From NCBI RefSeq assembly GCF_009914755.1, contig NC_060945.1: a DNA stretch of 64,000 nucleotides, one strand, 5' to 3'. The position numbers and the translations under genes are program-made. The notes below the pieces were generated by a model that was given only the letters and a program-made list of their open reading frames with translations, did not search any database and was not told the DNA's origin. Positions within the stretch are counted from its first letter, which is position 1, and each line of letters begins with the position of its first letter. The DNA comes from the human T2T-CHM13v2.0 reference genome, Homo sapiens. This document shows, piece by piece, positions 59,107 to 64,000 of this stretch.

Positions 59107-59175
59107 TTGAACTCATGGCCTGAGTATAGCTGCCTGATTATTAGGGATTGCAGGCATGAGCCACTGTGCCCAGCT
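59107..59175 (-). mobile_element. Tailless Alu 5' fragment
   Basis: Minus strand AGCTGGGCACAGTGGCTCATGCCTGCAATCCC..GAGTTCAA; flanked by a 17-bp direct repeat. Confidence 0.75.
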
Positions 59176-59236
59176 ATGAGGTAAATATTATCAAGAACAC
59201 TTCTTCACTTAGAAATATTAAAAATTATTAGGTGTC

Positions 59237-59472
59237 TGCATGTTCTCATAAGTGGGAGTTGAACAATGAGAACACATGGACACCGGGAGAAGAGCATCAC
59301 ACACGGGGGGCCTGTTAGGGGGTCAGGAGCTAGGGGAGGGATAGCATTAGGGGAAATACCTAATGTAGATGACGGGTTGATGGGTGCAACAAACCACCAT
59401 GGCATGTGTAGACCTGTATAACAAACCTGCACATTCTGCACATGTATCCCAGAACTTAAAGTATAATAAAAA
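59237..59472 (+). mobile_element. L1PA (PA7-like) 3' end
   Basis: GGGGAGGGATAGCATTAGG..AGAACTTAAAGTATAATAAAAA; 17-bp TSD AAAAATTATTAGGTGTC. Confidence 0.95.
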
Positions 59473-59566
59473 AAAAATTATTAGGTGTCAACGATATACC
59501 AGGCCCCATGTAAGGTACTGGTGGTGTGTTACATACAGATACAGGAGCCAGTCATTTCTGTTTGTC

Positions 59567-59865
59567 TTTTTTTTTTTTTTTCAGAGATGGAGTCTCGCTT
59601 TGTTGCCCAGGCTGGAGTGCAGTGGCACAATCTGGGCTCACTGCCAGCTCTACCTACCTGATTCATGCCATTCTCCTGCCTCAGCCTCCTGAGTAACTGG
59701 GACTACAGGTGCCTGCCACTATGCCTGGCTAATTTTTTTGTATTTTTAGTAGAGACAGGGTTTCACCATGTTAGCCAGGATGGTCTCGATCTCCTGACCT
59801 TGTGATCTGCCCGCCTTGGCCTCCCATAGCGCTGGGATTACAGGCGTGAGCCACCGCGCCTGGCC
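59567..59865 (-). mobile_element. AluY-like
   Basis: TTCATGCCATTCTCCTG, TTAGCCAGGATGGTCTCGATC; TSD TCTGTTTGTCTTTT. Confidence 0.95.
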
Positions 59866-60022
59866 TCTGTTTGTCTTTTATAATCTTTCCATCTTCTCAC
59901 CTATCCTCCCTCACCTTTCTGAATGGGATTGCAATGATTTATGACAAGCACACACAACAAACAAATGGAGACTGAGAAACTCAGTCATGACCAAAGGAGG
60001 CATTAATAAGAGTACGGAGTCA

Positions 60023-60337
<315 letters not shown>

Positions 60338-61623
60338 GCAAATAGCAAGAAAGAAAGAAAAAATCTTTCAGACCGTAAAGGCCTATGTGGTTATTATACT
60401 TGTGCTGACATTAGGCTTTGGGTTTCCTGGCAATCAAAGCAAGCAGAAAGACCTATTGCTCTTTTTCAGAAAGGAAAGAGGATTTCAGTTCCTCAGGGAA
60501 GGCAAAACTGTTTGTTTTTAGCACTAAGTTCTGAAAAGCATTTTCAATGTGGTGCTTTATATAAGGGGCACTGAACAAGATAATAGACAACATGCTTGAC
60601 TTCTTCCAAATAGCAAGCACATGAATGGAATCTATATGACGACTTCTTGTGTTGTCTTTAGATAATAGTGATATAACCTTAAAATGCATCTCAATGGATG
60701 CGATTATGTGGGGACTTGGCTCTGACGAAACGAAGCTGCCTAGACAAGATGAATTTTATCCATAGATAAAATTCCAAGAACCAGTCCAAGAAAAAGAGTT
60801 GAACAAATCCAGTTTTTCCTTGGGAAACGTTCATCTTCACTATCAGCAGTTTCTTAGCCATTTGAGTGCCCCTTTCTGGCTCCAATACAGTTGGCGGTCT
60901 TTTGTTTAATTTTGGCATCTTGCTCTCAGCTAGCTGTTATTATAATTCTCATAGCAGTCATAAATGCCATTGGAGCCCTAAGAGTTAAGAGTTTTGGACT
61001 TGCTGAGTTTTGAAAAGTTTAAAATTCCTTTAAAAAATAATCGTTGAACTCTTCAGAGTTTTTTATATGCTAATATATATTGTGACTCTGTAAGAGAGAA
61101 AAATAATGTTCAGTATTTCTTCATCATATTTGATCATGGAACCCCTTAGTCATGTATCAGATACCTGTTGGGAAATGCTGTTGAAAGTTATTCTTTGTTA
61201 ATGACTTTTAATGTAGACATTACAAGATCCCTTGCAGGGATATTGGCACTTTAGTATAGGATTAATGATGGTCAACAAATGTTTGAAATTGAAAGCTATG
61301 AATTTTTAGTAAAGCATCCTTGGTGCCCTGGCAAGTAGATGAAATATATTTGGGCAGGTGGAACTTTCTAGAATCCTCATGTCATACCACGTATTTATAA
61401 GACCAGCCCTCACAATCTTGGTCATGGCCTAAAAGTCTTTCTTCATCTATAAAATCAAGATTGTATTCTTCAGCTTAATCTTTGAATATCAACTGAATAA
61501 AATAATCAAAATACTGTTGAGACATTTGAAATGTAATCATTTTAAACTACCACTTAAAAAGAATAGAGCATAATAATAATCTTTGGGCAAAATTTATAAA
61601 GAATACGCTAGAGAATGGCTTTC

Positions 61624-61924
61624 TTTTTTTTTTTTTGAGACGGAGTCTCGCTCTGTCGCCCAGGCTGGAGTGCAGTGGCGTGATCTCGGCTCACTGCAAC
61701 CTCCGCCTCCCGGGTTCAAAAGCGATTCTCCTGCCTCAGCCTTCCGAATAGCTGGAATTACAGGCACACGGACGCCACCACGCCCGGCTAATTTTTTTGT
61801 ATTTTTAGTAGAGACGGGGTTTCACTGTGTTAGCCAGGATGGTCTCAATCTCCTGACCTTGTGATCTGCCTGCCTCGGCCTCCCAAAGTGCTGGGATTAC
61901 AGGCGTGAGCCACCGCGCCTGGCC
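61624..61924 (-). mobile_element. AluSc/Y-like
   Basis: CpG-rich full reverse Alu; TSD GA(G/T)AATGGCTTTC. Confidence 0.95.
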
Positions 61925-64000
61925 GATAATGGCTTTCAAAAATGCACGTTACTCTCACTATGACACAAAATAATGTGAATAAACATTTTAATAGCAAAGG
62001 CATTTTAAAACAAAACAGTTAATTAGGGGCATCACGCATGGTATAATTCTTTAAAGGTAGACATTGCTTAAGACCTTGAGACTGGATAGAGTGAAAAGAT
62101 ATCTCATCTTTTACATCTTAGAAATAAATATTTGTAACCATCTGGAGTCTATTTTCTGGATTAAAGAGAAGAGCAATAATCACACAAATTTATCTTTGAA
62201 ATGTCACTTCTAACATTTGCTAGTTGAACAATACTATACCTTCCCCCCTCCATTACATGGTCAAATATATTCTCCCTAAAAATATAATTTTAACATCTTG
62301 AAACAAAAGCAGTTTCTATTCTCTAAGCTAAAACATTAGTCACCAGAGAATGGAATTCTGTCTGAAGATTAGGTTTCTCTATCATGCTCCAGTGAGACTA
62401 AACTGAACATTCTTAACTCTTCTACTCTTCTGTGCATTTGCCTGATTATTATGTTTACCTGCAGGGAATTCTTCCCAACACATGATGAACTCTTATTCAT
62501 CCTCTAAAACCCAACATGCTTTCCTTTTCCAAGAACGCTTATCTTCCTCCCATTTTATCCATTTCTCCTGTATGCTACCTGCTGCATATACCTATTTCTA
62601 TTTTTTCATTTATCATATGGAAAAAATTCCATAAGAACATTAAAATATGTTCTTAGAGTATGAGTTCAAGGGAGGCATGAACTACCTCTAATTTGTTTCT
62701 GTCTTTTGGGGTTAAAGTATACACTACAATACAGATCTGCACAAAATATGCTGCCTCTTTTATTTGCTATAGTTGATTGCATCTAGCTCTGCATACCCCA
62801 GTTCTGCTGCCGGTGGAAGCATGAACGTGGTAGAAAACACTTACCTTGTCTGTGAGAGGTAACAGCCTTTTCTGGTTTAACAAACATTTTCTTCTGATTG
62901 GTTTAACATTTGTGATTAATTAGCCTTTAGATGGGTGGTAGAATAAAATATTATTTCAAAGTTCAAACTTCCTATCAAGATTGTCTCCTCACTTCTCACA
63001 AGCTCTCTCTTCTCCTCTTTCCCCCAAGATGGCATGTTTGTTCCAAGAGAAGATTGGATTGTTTAATTCAGTGTGCAGGAGTCTTCTGGTGTGGGGCTGC
63101 CTTCTCGGCACTGAGGAATGATTAACCTGTTCAGTGCCTGGTTCCCTTGGGTTGGTGTTCACTAAGGCATAGATAATCCCACCAATCTATCTGGGCTTCT
63201 TGCTGGGACCACCTCTTGATGTGATAGTCCTTTCAGTTTGGGTTTTCTAGGGTCCTGTGTTTTATGGTCTCATTCTCCCAGTACCAGCTCCTTCAAATTT
63301 CTCAACATCAAGTCTCTCAAGTTCCTCATCTTGGGTCATGAGAACTCCAAGATCTCCTACATACCAAATGTTGCTCGTGGGGAATATGCTGCTCACTACT
63401 GTCTGTTTGTGTCTAATCTTTCACACCCACTTCATGATGGATTCAGTGGAGAAAGGGGGAACAACCCTGGACATTTTGATCCTCTCTCAAATAATCTAGA
63501 GTCTCTATCAAGGTCTCTATCTATCTCTGTCATTTTTGTTTTTCTTTATTGGAACTTGAGTTTGGGAAACCAAGTTCCTTCTCAAAGACCCAGGCTATAT
63601 TCTCATCCTAGTGAAATTCCTTCCAGATATTTCTTTCTTTTTTACTGAATTAGATGAATGTCATTTACATTGAATCCTTACTCTATCCTAGAGCTTTTAG
63701 TAAAACTCTATGATTCAAGTCAAGTCATCTAGGTTTGGCTCCTGACATGAGAATGAAGCTTTTATAGTTTAGAGACCACCTTTCTTTATCACAATAGGCT
63801 GGCTTGCAAGACTAATGCTTCACTGTGGACTCAAGAGTTTCTTTGGGTTTTTTTGGTAGTCAAAAGCTGAATATTAGATATATCCTTCTTTTTTTGCATT
63901 CCTACTTTCATGTGTAAATTCACACAGCTGGCAAGAGGAAGGTTGATATTTTTTATCACCAGCACCTTAATGTTGACTTGGGTTTTTCTCATTTGTCAAA

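Noticed and set aside
63238-63648. 136-aa plus-strand ORF
   Set aside because: Non-ATG start, no domain similarity; composition fits decayed LINE or intergenic DNA

Overview
Primate (human-like) genomic DNA, AT-rich and dominated by interspersed repeats. I found no credible protein-coding gene, RNA gene or CpG island. Every recognisable ORF in the track comes from Alu, L1 ORF2, ERV gag/pol or LTR sequence, and the rest look like chance ORFs. Main contents: about 25 Alus; L1PA and older L1M fragments; L2/MIR; MaLR LTRs (THE1/MST/MLT1); ERV1 solo LTRs (MER57, MER4, MER67-like); two two-LTR proviruses on the minus strand (MER65-like ERV1 at 12.3-18.5 kb, MLT2/ERVL at 46.8-53.1 kb); an older plus-strand ERVL relic (37-40 kb); and DNA transposons (Tigger3, MER20, MER33, Ricksha). 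I see no evidence of a new biological system. The best leads are retrotransposition oddities: a TSD-bounded L1 3' transduction, an Alu+old-L1 composite inside ERVL gag, a tailless TSD-flanked Alu fragment and a twin-primed L1. A near-perfect AT-rich palindrome and a few repeat-free candidate regulatory islands are also worth checking. Family and subfamily names come from recalled consensus sequences, not from a RepeatMasker run.
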